Both the position numbers and the translations under genes were made by a program. Of a DNA stretch of 64,000 nucleotides, positions 1 through 12,014 are shown in pieces. The notes beneath the pieces are model-generated. The model saw only the letters and a list, made by a program, of their open reading frames with translations, had not been told where the DNA came from and did not search any database. This stretch comes from Patescibacteria group bacterium. Lineage in GTDB: Bacteria; Patescibacteriota; Microgenomatia; UBA1400; PJMF01. The stretch is taken from the NCBI GenBank assembly GCA_016861205.1, contig BOKX01000001.1, positions 136,539 to 200,538 on the forward strand. Direction: 5' to 3'. The number at the start of each line of letters is the position of its first letter. Position 1 is the stretch's first letter.

Positions 1-3000
1 TCGGCTTCTTCAGCATAGAACTCGGATAGGTCGGCGCCATTGGTCAGGTTTTTGATGTAGACCAGTTTTTCACCCGACAGTTTTTCCACCAACCGCAGCG
101 CTTTGGTCATGTCAGCGTTGATGGCTAGACCTCCCCGTTCTGAGTAGAAAGACCAAGCCAGGTCTTCGCTTTTGCCAGTCTCGATTTGGGAGAAGTTGTG
201 CGGTGACAAAGTGGTGACATTACCAGCTTCATCACGGACTTGGAGTTCGTGACTACCCGTCACGTCCACGGCAAAGAGCTGGACGCCGTCGGTGATGCTG
301 GTGGAAGGCGCGGTGGAACCGGCGATGGCCAGAGCTTTGGCGGCGGAGGTGCCAAAGGTGGTGGTGCCGATGCCGACGTTGCCTCCATCCGCAATCGCGA
401 ACACACTTGTGCTGCCGTCCTGAATATCGACGATAAGGGCGGCCCCGCCTAAGTGATTGATCTCAAATGGAGTAGCAGAACTGTTGCTAGAAATCAGATC
501 GAATGTTGATGAAGAAAGCATAAGTCTACTTGTTGAGCTGGTATAAATATCTAACGAGGTGCCGGGATTGGTAGTTCCAATGCCCAGATTTCCACCATTC
601 AAGTATGAGGCCCCGTTGCCGTCGAGCAATAAACTAGTTCCGTGAATGCTGTTAGCGCCAATTTCCATAGCGTAATCCTGGATGTCGGAGTCTGAGACAT
701 CAATGCCAATTTGGATACCAAAAGAGCTAGCCCCTGGAGTAACAGATGATATTTTCAAGCCTGCATCGCTGACTTCTGCAGTATTTTGATTGTCGATCAA
801 TAGCAAAGCGCTCATGCCCTTGTCACCAGCTGTGGTGTGTTGCAGGTTCATTAATACACCTGTATTCAAAGTGTCTGTTGAGTATCCACTAAATGATATG
901 CCAGGGACTGTGGAACTCGAGGAGATAGCGCTGGAAACATGCAACTTGGAGGTGGGGTTGGTAGTTCCTACTCCCACATTTCCTGACGATGCGATAACCA
1001 TCCTAGGATCAGTTGGGCCAAATGGTGTAAAGAATGCTGTATTGTAACTACTATTGTAGTACGGTTGAATCCAATTCTGGCCGTTATGGAAGATGTTCGC
1101 GCCCGCACCTTGCAGGTAGAGGTCTCCCTCTTGTCCCGCATAAATGCCTGCTGAGGTACCAGAGACCCTGATGTCACCGTGAACAGTTAGCAATGATGAT
1201 GGACTTGTGGTCCCGATACCCAAGTTACCTCCATTGGTTAAGACTAACTTTGTAGCTCCACTCGCGCTAGCACTCAAAATATTCCCCCCCAAAGTTTGGT
1301 TGACTGTGAAGGCATCATTAGCTCCGTAGCCGCCGTTGACGTGGAGAAGGGCTGTGGCAGTGGTAGTACCAATAGATATTTGGCCCCCACTGCTGATCCT
1401 CATCCGTTCATAACCTGAGGTTTGAGCATTGCCAGTAGTGAATGTCATGTAGCCAGCGATATCGCCACTTACTAATTGCAGTGCGGCAGTGTCTGTATAA
1501 ACAACACCAGTGTTGGCCCAGCCCGGGACAGTGGTCATTCCAGAAGACACAGCCTGCATTGATATCACTTTACTACTGGCTGTCTCGGCAGAAATTCCAG
1601 CTCTTCCATTGGTGCCACTAGTAGTATTTTTCACCAAAGCTATTGTTGGTGCATTTTGGTTCGATTCGACATGGAGGAGCTGCCCTGGAACAGTGGTGCC
1701 AATTCCTACGTACCCACTACTATCAATTCTGACTTTCTCGCCTGCATTTACCGTCAATCGCAAACTATTTTCACCGTGAGAATATGTAATACCACCTACA
1801 TCCTCATCGCCGCTGTCCCCTAGAAAGAGAGATGAATACCCGGCACTCGTCGTACCACCACGCAAATACAACTCGGCACGACCTGTTGTTCCTCCGGCCA
1901 AAACCTTAACTATGGCGTTGTTATCGTTGTGACCAGAACTATCAAACCGGACCAGTTCGCTGCCCGTGCCGTCAGTTGGGCCATATACATGAAGTTTGAC
2001 AGCTGGGCTTGATGTCCCAATTCCTAGATATCCAGATGCATTCACAGCTGACAAAACATTACTATTACTATCTTGCCACTCTTGCATATTGGCTGTATTT
2101 GATGCCGGTGGCCTTAAGACAAGCAATTTTGCCGTGGTTTTGCTGGTGGTAATGCGGACGATTTCAGATGCCTCAGTGCCGGCACTGTTAACTAACAAGG
2201 CAGTTGTACTCACAGGGACAGCGCCATATCCGATCGCTGTGTTACGCCACTGGCTTTTGATAATGCCAACTCCATCGTCTGATGACACTTGAAAACTGAA
2301 ATCGGTTTGATTGGGAGGAATTACTTGCAACATTGCACCAGGTATAGCGGTGCCGATTCCAACCCTGCCTCCATTACTGATCACAAACTTGGTCGCTCCA
2401 CTCGCACTGGCACTCAAGATATTGCCAGACAGTGTTTGATTAACGGTCAAAGCATCGTTGGCACCATAGCCACCATTGACGTGGAGCTTGGCAGTTGCAG
2501 TTTGTGTTGTGGTCCCAATGCCAACGTTATTTGTACTCGTATCGACTCGCATTATTTCTGTCACACCCCCTCCATAGAAAACTACGTCCCTTCCTGTAGC
2601 TGGGGTAAAGAATAAATCAGTTGTTCCGTAAGTCGAAATTTGTGCAATAGAATTTGTAGCATCTGTACCAAATCGAGAAACTAAAGCACCATTTTTGTAC
2701 AGATAAAAATTGCCACTGACATTAGTATCACTATTTACTTGAATGTTGCCATTTTTTACTTCTAACTTTTGACCTGGATCTGTCGTCCCAATCCCAAAAT
2801 TTCCAGTAGCTCTGTCAACCAAAAAGCCCGTCAAAGTTGGGTTAGCATCATTGATATCATTTCCAATATTCAGTAAGAAGTCATTATTAGCATCTACTCC
2901 CATTTTCCAAGTGTAGGTGGGGCCTGAGTACAGCACTGCTGCGCCACCGGCTTGATTGTTACCAATTGAGATCATACTTCGCTGCGGACTAACTCCACTG

Positions 3001-4946
3001 GCTCCCACAAATCGAGCTACGTACTGAGTAACAGCCGAAACATCAAGCTTGTAGGCGGGATTTGTGGTACCGATTCCGAGGTTGCCGGCATTGGTGAGCA
3101 CCATTTTAGTTGCCCCACTTGCGCTAGCGCTTAAGATGTTTCCGGAAAGGGTTTGGTTAACGGTAAAGGCATCAAAAGCATCATAGCCACCACTGATATG
3201 GAAAAATGAATTTGGTGCGGTTGTCCCGACACCCACTCGACCGGTTTCCATCACACTCATGGCCGTAGTGGATCCACCATTTGTTTTGAATCTAATGCCT
3301 TTCTCTCCTGCTCCAACTGTGTGTTGATTGAGCGTAATGTTTAAATCACTATGATAGGCTCCAATCAAACCTCCATTCATTAATACTCTTGAATCAAATT
3401 GCCAAACATCGTTTGTACTACCTCTAAAAGAAACTGCAGATGGTGTGCCATCATATGTAAAACCAATTAACTTATTTCCCCCCGAATTATAAAAACCTAT
3501 ACTAAGGCCATACGCTGATGTGCCATTGGCCAACGAAGCCCCAAATCTAGTTCCGAGCCAATTCAAAGAATCATTTGCAGAAACAAAGTTGGCTAATGTG
3601 GTCACTGCTGTTTGTCTGACGTCTAATGGGACACTCGGTGCGCTTGTCCCAATTCCCAACCGATTGTTAGTGTCGTCCCAAAAGAAGTTGGTGTTGTCTT
3701 GGGTTATCCCACTTGTTCCTTGGAACAGCACCGAGCCATTGGTCAGTCCTGGATTCAAACTTCCTGACACATTGGCCGCCCCATTAAACACGCCGCTGGC
3801 GTCGATGTAGCTCAACACTGAACCGGAAGAATCACGCCATTCGGTCAGGTTGGCAGTCTGGCCGGTGTAGCCTTGGATGATTTGGCCAATCTTGGTGGCC
3901 AAATTAGTGTAGACATGGAAGCGAGACACTGGGGTGGCAGTGGAAATACCCACCGAGCCGCCGTCATGGAATAGGTTGTTGCTAGCCGCCCAGTTGAGGC
4001 CGTTAAAGTACAGGGTCATGCCATTGGTGGCAGTAGGCAGCACTGCTTCGGCCGAAGGGGTAGCCGTGTCCCCGGTCTGGTCCTGGACCAGAATAATCTT
4101 GCCGCCGCTATCAACAGACAGCACTTTACCGCCACCGATGCCGGCGGCCGTGGAAGAAGTAATCCGTGTAAATGACACGCCACTGGCACCATCTGTGCCA
4201 GAGTCGATCTCGAGTTCGTTGGTGGGGGCAGAGGTGCCGATCCCAACATTATCCGTGCTGGACAACAGCACCACATTGGAACTGGAGGCTTTGTACCACC
4301 CAGATTGGTTGGCCGCGGTGACAGTTAATTTTTTGTCTGACGTATTGAGCGATAAACTTATACCGTCGCCGCTAGCAAACTCAAACGTATCGGTGTTAGA
4401 ACCAGCCTCAGCGGTATCACTGCCCACTTTGATTTTGCCAAAGATTTTCTGAGCGGAACCCCGATCGGTGTTAGTAATAGTCAAATCTTGGTCGCCACTG
4501 ACTTCGATTCCCCCTCCAGCAATCACTGAGTAAACCAGATTTGAAGCGGTAATTTCACCGGTGCCAACATCGATGTCAATGCCCTCAGCATTCAGATTGC
4601 CGAGTAACTGGGCGCCATTTTCTAGAACAACTTCATCCACAAACCGAGCTTGACCATTAAAAACTGACTGTTCTTCCACCACCAATGAGGCTAAAGTAAC
4701 TGCATCCGCAAACACTGCTGGAATGTTGACCTGGAACAAAGGAGACAAGATGGCGCTACCACTGGTTGAGTTCGTCGGCAGGAAACTAGTTCCGGTGGTA
4801 GGGGCTTGTGCAAGCAGAGTTGAGTCGCCGAGGACCTGCCCAAGTCGCTGATACCCCAAAACAGCACCGACACCACGCGCCGACAGTACGGCCAAGCCTA
4901 AAGAAGCGCACCACAGACCGATTATTTTTAAGCGTTTCGATCGCAT
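1..4946 (-). CDS. Giant exported repeat protein (fibre/adhesin-like, GIGTTxP repeats), 3' end outside window, >1648 aa
   Basis: Manual translation from ATG at 4946: MRSKRLKIIGLWCASLGLAVLSARGVGA (signal/TM). About 15 G(I/V)G(T)TxP repeats follow. The same frame reads ...RDEAGNVTTLSPHNFSQ...WSFYSER...GADLSEFYAEEA at the window edge. Its absence from the ORF track fits an ORF with no in-window stop. Confidence 0.9.
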   Translation of the reverse strand, partial: MRSKRLKIIGLWCASLGLAVLSARGVGAVLGYQRLGQVLGDSTLLAQAPTTGTSFLPTNSTSGSAILSPLFQVNIPAVFADAVTLASLVVEEQSVFNGQARFVDEVVLENGAQLLGNLNAEGIDIDVGTGEITASNLVYSVIAGGGIEVSGDQDLTITNTDRGSAQKIFGKIKVGSDTAEAGSNTDTFEFASGDGISLSLNTSDKKLTVTAANQSGWYKASSSNVVLLSSTDNVGIGTSAPTNELEIDSGTDGASGVSFTRITSSTAAGIGGGKVLSVDSGGKIILVQDQTGDTATPSAEAVLPTATNGMTLYFNGLNWAASNNLFHDGGSVGISTATPVSRFHVYTNLATKIGQIIQGYTGQTANLTEWRDSSGSVLSYIDASGVFNGAANVSGSLNPGLTNGSVLFQGTSGITQDNTNFFWDDTNNRLGIGTSAPSVPLDVRQTAVTTLANFVSANDSLNWLGTRFGASLANGTSAYGLSIGFYNSGGNKLIGFTYDGTPSAVSFRGSTNDVWQFDSRVLMNGGLIGAYHSDLNITLNQHTVGAGEKGIRFKTNGGSTTAMSVMETGRVGVGTTAPNSFFHISGGYDAFDAFTVNQTLSGNILSASASGATKMVLTNAGNLGIGTTNPAYKLDVSAVTQYVARFVGASGVSPQRSMISIGNNQAGGAAVLYSGPTYTWKMGVDANNDFLLNIGNDINDANPTLTGFLVDRATGNFGIGTTDPGQKLEVKNGNIQVNSDTNVSGNFYLYKNGALVSRFGTDATNSIAQISTYGTTDLFFTPATGRDVVFYGGGVTEIMRVDTSTNNVGIGTTTQTATAKLHVNGGYGANDALTVNQTLSGNILSASASGATKFVISNGGRVGIGTAIPGAMLQVIPPNQTDFSFQVSSDDGVGIIKSQWRNTAIGYGAVPVSTTALLVNSAGTEASEIVRITTSKTTAKLLVLRPPASNTANMQEWQDSNSNVLSAVNASGYLGIGTSSPAVKLHVYGPTDGTGSELVRFDSSGHNDNNAIVKVLAGGTTGRAELYLRGGTTSAGYSSLFLGDSGDEDVGGITYSHGENSLRLTVNAGEKVRIDSSGYVGIGTTVPGQLLHVESNQNAPTIALVKNTTSGTNGRAGISAETASSKVISMQAVSSGMTTVPGWANTGVVYTDTAALQLVSGDIAGYMTFTTGNAQTSGYERMRISSGGQISIGTTTATALLHVNGGYGANDAFTVNQTLGGNILSASASGATKLVLTNGGNLGIGTTSPSSLLTVHGDIRVSGTSAGIYAGQEGDLYLQGAGANIFHNGQNWIQPYYNSSYNTAFFTPFGPTDPRMVIASSGNVGVGTTNPTSKLHVSSAISSSSTVPGISFSGYSTDTLNTGVLMNLQHTTAGDKGMSALLLIDNQNTAEVSDAGLKISSVTPGASSFGIQIGIDVSDSDIQDYAMEIGANSIHGTSLLLDGNGASYLNGGNLGIGTTNPGTSLDIYTSSTSRLMLSSSTFDLISSNSSATPFEINHLGGAALIVDIQDGSTSVFAIADGGNVGIGTTTFGTSAAKALAIAGSTAPSTSITDGVQLFAVDVTGSHELQVRDEAGNVTTLSPHNFSQIETGKSEDLAWSFYSERGGLAINADMTKALRLVEKLSGEKLVYIKNLTNGADLSEFYAEEA

Positions 4947-4954
4947 TTTATTTA

Positions 4955-5042
4955 CAACACCACACACACCACTTAGTGCCTTTCCGACCTTGGGGGGAAA
5001 GGTTGACTGTGGTGTTGCACTATTAACACTGACGTTCAGTGT
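4955..5042 (-). promoter_or_regulatory. Structured 5' leader and divergent promoter region of the giant gene
   Basis: Stems caacaccaca (4955-4964)/tgtggtgttg (5008-5017) and cctttcc (4979-4985)/ggaaagg (4996-5002). Inverted repeat acactga-cgt-tcagtgt (5026-5042) overlaps a minus-strand TACACT -10-like box. Confidence 0.5.
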
Positions 5043-5136
5043 ACGCGATTTCGGTCAAGTACAATAGACGAAGAAAAGGCGTACATTTTGTACTCTATAG
5101 ACACCTCCCGCAGAACTTGCTATTCTGAATGTTAGT

Positions 5137-5952
5137 ATGAAAAACAGCTTGAGGTTTTTGGTGGTTTTGGGCTTAATAGCTCTTGGTGTTCGTCTGATAC
5201 CAGTCCAGTCAGTGATCGCACAAACTGCCGGTTTATCGTTGGGTATCGGTCAATCAATTAAGGTTTCAGGTGTCAGCACCGTGGCCAACGGTTCTATCAT
5301 TTCCTTTCAAAACAATCAGTATCAACTGAGTGCTGAATCGTACGATAAAAGTATGTTTGGGGTGAGTGCCACCAATCCGGCAATTGAAGTCACCGATAGT
5401 ACCACCAGAAATGAACCGGGAGTTACCTCGGTGCTCAGAAGTGGTCAAGTCCAAGTCCGAGTAAATGGTCGCAATGGGGCAATTATCAAAGGTGATCGGA
5501 TTACCAGCTCAGATCAGCCGGGTGTCGGTATGAAGGCCGTCAAAAGTGGTTTTGTGCTGGGGGTGGCGGAGGGCAGCTTTTCGCCGAGCTCAGAAACTGA
5601 TGAAGGCTTGATTCCCGTGACACTCGACATCAAGTTCACCTTTGCTGAAGACACACCTGGATCCGAGCGAATTGCAGCCCGTCTCAAAGATGTTGTTAGT
5701 TTAAGCACCGTTTCAATTGCTGAGGACCCACTCCAAACATTGCGCTATGTAGTGGCAGGCGTGGTGGTAATCGGAGCATTTACCTTTGCCTTCTTTACTT
5801 TTGGCCGATTGGCACACAACGGTATTGAGGCCTTGGGCCGCAACCCATTGGCCAGCCGGCCGATTGTGGCTGCGATGTTTTTTAATATCTTGGTAGCTCT
5901 AGGAATCATGTTGACCGGCTTGGTAGCTGCGTATCTGATAGTAACTTGGTAG
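5137..5952 (+). CDS. Signal-peptide protein: extracellular beta domain fused to a C-terminal ATP synthase subunit-c-like hairpin
   Basis: N-terminal signal peptide, then GQVQVRV..NGAIIKGDRITSSDQPGVGMKA domain, then two TM helices joined by GIEALGRNPLA (c-subunit EAxARNP/RQP loop). Lies directly upstream of the atpA-like gene. Confidence 0.75.
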   Translation: MKNSLRFLVVLGLIALGVRLIPVQSVIAQTAGLSLGIGQSIKVSGVSTVANGSIISFQNNQYQLSAESYDKSMFGVSATNPAIEVTDSTTRNEPGVTSVLRSGQVQVRVNGRNGAIIKGDRITSSDQPGVGMKAVKSGFVLGVAEGSFSPSSETDEGLIPVTLDIKFTFAEDTPGSERIAARLKDVVSLSTVSIAEDPLQTLRYVVAGVVVIGAFTFAFFTFGRLAHNGIEALGRNPLASRPIVAAMFFNILVALGIMLTGLVAAYLIVTW

Positions 5953-5972
5953 GAGTCCAAAGATCACAAACT

Positions 5973-7402
5973 ATGCCAAACACTGCGACTGTTGTCACTG
6001 TTAATCATCAACTGGTTACCATAGCGGGTTTGCCAGTCGTCAGGCCCGGGGCGGTGGTCGCTTTTGCTGACGATGGTTTGGGGTTGGTAACAGGTTTCAA
6101 TCAAGAATATGTCGAAGCGATCGTGTTCAATGAGCAACCTGTGCCAGTTGGGACGGCGGTCACGTTGTTGCAGCAAACTTTTGAAGTGCCTGTTTCGGGC
6201 TCATTATTGGGGCGTGTCATCAGCCCTTTAGGCAAAGCGCTCGATAGTAAACGGCTAGCTGAAAGTGAAGAAACTCGCCACTATAACACCCATCCCCTCC
6301 CCTTGCCGCAACGTTCACGCATCCAACAGCAATGTTTGACTGGTGTTGGTGTGGTAGATCTGCTCTTACCAATTGGAATGGGACAGCGGGAGCTGGTTGT
6401 TGGTGACCAAAAGGCCGGTAAGACGGCTTTTTTGGAACAGGCAGCTATTGCACAAGCACGCAGAGGGACAATTGTTATCTGGGCAGCTATCGGCCAAACA
6501 GCGGGTGAGATTAAACACCTGACACGCCAGTTGGATGCGGCCAAGATTTGGGATCAGACCATTGTGGTAGCGACTATGGCTCAAGAATCAGCAAGTCAAA
6601 TCTACTTAACACCATTCACAGCCTTAACCATGGCTGAGTACTTCCGGGATCAAGGACTTGATACCTTAGTTATCCTCGATGACTTGACCACTCACGCTCG
6701 AGCGTATCGCGAGTTGGCTCTATTAGCCAAACGTTTTCCAGGCCGTGATTCATATCCGGGCGATATGTTCTATATCCATGCGCGGCTGTTAGAGCGGGCT
6801 GGGAGTTTTACGCACCCGACCCTGCCAGACCAAACTGTGACAATTACTTGCCTGCCTGTAGCCGAGACGCATGAGAGTGATCTGACCAGTTATATTGTGT
6901 CAAACCTGATTAGTATCACCGATGGTCATTTGTTGTTTGATACCCAGCTCTTTAACCAGGGTCAGCGACCAGCTGTTAACATCGGTCTGTCGGTGACACG
7001 TGTCGGTAAACAGACGCAAACAAAGCTGCAGCGGGATTTGAGCCGTGAGCTGACCGCCTTTTTGGCAGAGTACTCGCAAACAGAAAAGCTCGTGCATTTT
7101 GGAGCGGAGCTGACTGATGCTACGCAGCAAGTAATCAAGAAAGGCCAGTCGTTACAAGCCTTTTTTAGTCAGGAACCAAGCACTACTATGAGTGCGGATG
7201 CGGTCGTGATTGGGGCGATGCTCATTTGGCTGGGTTGGTGGCAAACTGTCGAACGACTACAAATGTTGGCGCAACGTGATCACCTGGTGGCTCAGCTCAA
7301 GTTGCCGACGGGTCGCAAGTTGGCTGAGCAGTTGTTGGCTCAACCTGATTTGACTGCGTTAACAAATGCCATGCACGAACACCGGGCTGAGTTGGAGGAT
7401 TT

Positions 7403-7415
<13 letters not shown>
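5973..7415 (+). CDS. atpA: F1-like ATPase subunit alpha (divergent, N-terminally shortened)
   Basis: GQRELVVGDQKAGKT, DDLTTHARAYRE, PGRDSYPGDMFYIHARLLERA, ISITDG, RPAVNIGLSVTRVG. Confidence 0.95.
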
Positions 7416-10009
<2,594 letters not shown>

Positions 10010-10059
10010 AACTCCATTGTAGCAGTTTGGATTTGCTAAGTGACTGGGAACTGTCATCG

Positions 10060-10190
10060 CCCGCCGATGGCGGGGCGCTGTAGATCAGATTAAAGTGCTC
10101 CAAGGGGCTTGAAGGTGCAACCTCCCCGCCGATGGCGGGGCGCTCTAGGTCAGATTAAAGTGCTCCAAGCAGGACTTGAACCTGCAACCT
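10060..10190. repeat. Tandem ~64-bp imperfect direct repeat: GC palindrome plus tRNA-Arg 3' end
   Basis: cccgccgatggcggggcgct..agattaaagtgctccaag..cttgaa..tgcaacct at 10060-10123 and 10125-10190. Confidence 0.85.
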
Positions 10191-10234
10191 TCTGTTCCGA
10201 AGACAGACGCTCTATCCAATTGAGCTATTGGAGC
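10161..10234 (-). tRNA. tRNA-Arg(TCG)
   Basis: GCTCCAATAGCTCAATTGGATAGAGCG TCTGT-CT-TCG-GA-ACAGA AGGTTGCAGGTTCAAGTCCTGCTTGGAGCA. Confidence 0.95.
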
Positions 10235-10345
10235 ATAAAACACACGTGTTCAAGAGTAATTATACCATTCCATTTATGAGCGAAAGCCTGGAAGTATATA
10301 CTCCCTGCACATTGAGCTTACTAGATACTTGCGTATACTGGGCAG

Positions 10346-11068
10346 ATGGCGATCCACTACTACCCACTGATCAATAAAGTACTCCAGTCGCTCAAAATTC
10401 GAGACAGTTTGGGTGGGCTTGAAGTGCCAGATGTTGAAGCAGCTTTTGTCAAGCCATTTATTACTATTGCTCGCGAACCCGGCAGCGGTGGTGCCCCGAT
10501 TGCCAAAGCTGTAGCTGATAAGTTGGGTTTTACATTGATAAATGAGCAAATTGTTGATGATATCGCCAGTTCCACAAAACAGCGCAAGGAAATTATCAAA
10601 GCTGTTGATGAAAAACACCGGTCTCGACTGGAAGACATGGTGCACTCAATGTTGAACCCAGAGTACATTGATGATGTGAAGTACGTCACCGAACTAGCCA
10701 AGGTGATCTTGGCTTATGCCCTTAAAGGTCGAGTGGTAATTCTGGGCCGAGGGGCCAATTTCATTACCCCATTTGCTAAAGGGTTGCACGTAAGTATTAC
10801 TGCCCCCACGGCTGTCAGAGTTAAGCGGGCCATGGATTTTGAAGGTTTGTCAGAAGCGAAAGCCAAAGAGGTTATCGCCAAAATTGAGGCTGAACGAAGG
10901 TTGTTCGTGAAACAGTACTTTCGCAAGGAAATAACGAAGTCAAATGCGTACGATCTCACCCTGAATACCACTTACTTCCAAGTCAACGAAGCTCGAGATG
11001 TGATTGTTGAAGCCTTCTATCGCAAATTTTCACGGTCAGTCAGGTATGGAGCTATTTTCAAACGGTAA
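10346..11068 (+). CDS. Cytidylate kinase-like family protein
   Basis: ITIAREPGSGGAPIAKAVADKLG, VILGRGA, YDLTLNT. Confidence 0.85.
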   Translation: MAIHYYPLINKVLQSLKIRDSLGGLEVPDVEAAFVKPFITIAREPGSGGAPIAKAVADKLGFTLINEQIVDDIASSTKQRKEIIKAVDEKHRSRLEDMVHSMLNPEYIDDVKYVTELAKVILAYALKGRVVILGRGANFITPFAKGLHVSITAPTAVRVKRAMDFEGLSEAKAKEVIAKIEAERRLFVKQYFRKEITKSNAYDLTLNTTYFQVNEARDVIVEAFYRKFSRSVRYGAIFKR

Positions 11069-11127
11069 AGTTCACTCAGTTCGGAGTGCTAGTTAGTTCA
11101 GTTTGAAGTTGATGGTAAGATGGCGAC

Positions 11128-11775
11128 ATGATAATGCGTGAGGTGTTCGAGCACTATCGATTGCCAGTTGTACTGCAGCAGCACTTACTGCGGGTGGCTG
11201 GTGTAGCTGCAGTGTATCTTGATGGAACCACATTTGCCATGGATCGTGAGGCGGTGATCACCGCTTGTTTGCTTCATGATGCAGCTAACATTATCAAGTT
11301 TGACTTGACCAAGTTCCCTGAATTTCTTGAGCCAGAGGGCACGGGTTATTGGCAAAAGGTACAAGCTGAGTTTATCGCCAAGTATGGTGCCGAAGAGAAA
11401 ACTGCCCACGTGGCGATCGCGAAAGAGCTGGGAGTGTCCGAAAAAGTACAACAACTGATGGCTGCAGTCGGCTTTAGTGAAATTGCCCAGACACTCGCTG
11501 CTCACAATCCTGAAGAGATGTTGTGTGAGTATGCTGACATTCGCGTCACCCCTTGGGGAGTGGTTAGTTTGGATGAGCGACTAGAAGATTTGCGAGTACG
11601 TTACCAACACAACTATCCGGGTGAAGAGAATGAACGCAGGCGGCAAGGTTTTGTGGCAGCGGCCCACCAGTTGGAGACTGATCTGTTTGCCAAATCAAAC
11701 TTGCAACCCAGCGATATTACTGAGACTCGCGTGCAAGCTTATCAAGCAGAATTGCTAGCTTGGCCTATCCCCTAG
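11128..11775 (+). CDS. HD-domain phosphohydrolase
   Basis: HLLRVA...ACLLHD...YAD motif. Confidence 0.8.
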   Translation: MIMREVFEHYRLPVVLQQHLLRVAGVAAVYLDGTTFAMDREAVITACLLHDAANIIKFDLTKFPEFLEPEGTGYWQKVQAEFIAKYGAEEKTAHVAIAKELGVSEKVQQLMAAVGFSEIAQTLAAHNPEEMLCEYADIRVTPWGVVSLDERLEDLRVRYQHNYPGEENERRRQGFVAAAHQLETDLFAKSNLQPSDITETRVQAYQAELLAWPIP

Positions 11776-11807
11776 TTGGCCAAGTACATGATACAATAAC
11801 TGCCTGA

Positions 11808-11847
11808 GCCGATGTGGTAAATCGGTACGCCCCGCCAACGGCGGGGT
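11808..11847 (+). repeat. Degenerate copy of tRNA-Leu 5' end followed by GC palindrome
   Basis: gccgatgtggtaaatcggtac (cf. gccgatgtggcgaaattggtag at 11876), then ccccgccaacggcgggg. Confidence 0.7.
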
Positions 11848-11875
11848 GGGTACAACAACCGTGAGGTTACAACAA

Positions 11876-11962
11876 GCCGATGTGGCGAAATTGGTAGACG
11901 CGTACGCTTCAGGAGCGTATGGGAGCAATCCCTTGGAGGTTCGAGTCCTCTCATCGGCACCA
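11876..11962 (+). tRNA. tRNA-Leu(CAG)
   Basis: TACGC-TT-CAG-GA-GCGTA arm, long variable arm, GTTCGAGTC, encoded CCA. Confidence 0.95.
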
Positions 11963-12014
11963 GAACACAAGAAATCGTCAAGGAAGTAACTTGATGATTT
12001 ATAATACTGATCAT

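Noticed and set aside
240-4452. Several plus-strand ORFs in the track (70-172 aa)
   Set aside because: They are antisense shadows of the giant minus-strand gene.
1-4946. Diversity-generating retroelement target
   Set aside because: No reverse transcriptase or adenine-specific TR/VR pair was seen; the repeats differ at all base types.
10060-10190. CRISPR array or prophage att pair
   Set aside because: There are only two adjacent copies, with no spacer or intervening element and no integrase nearby.
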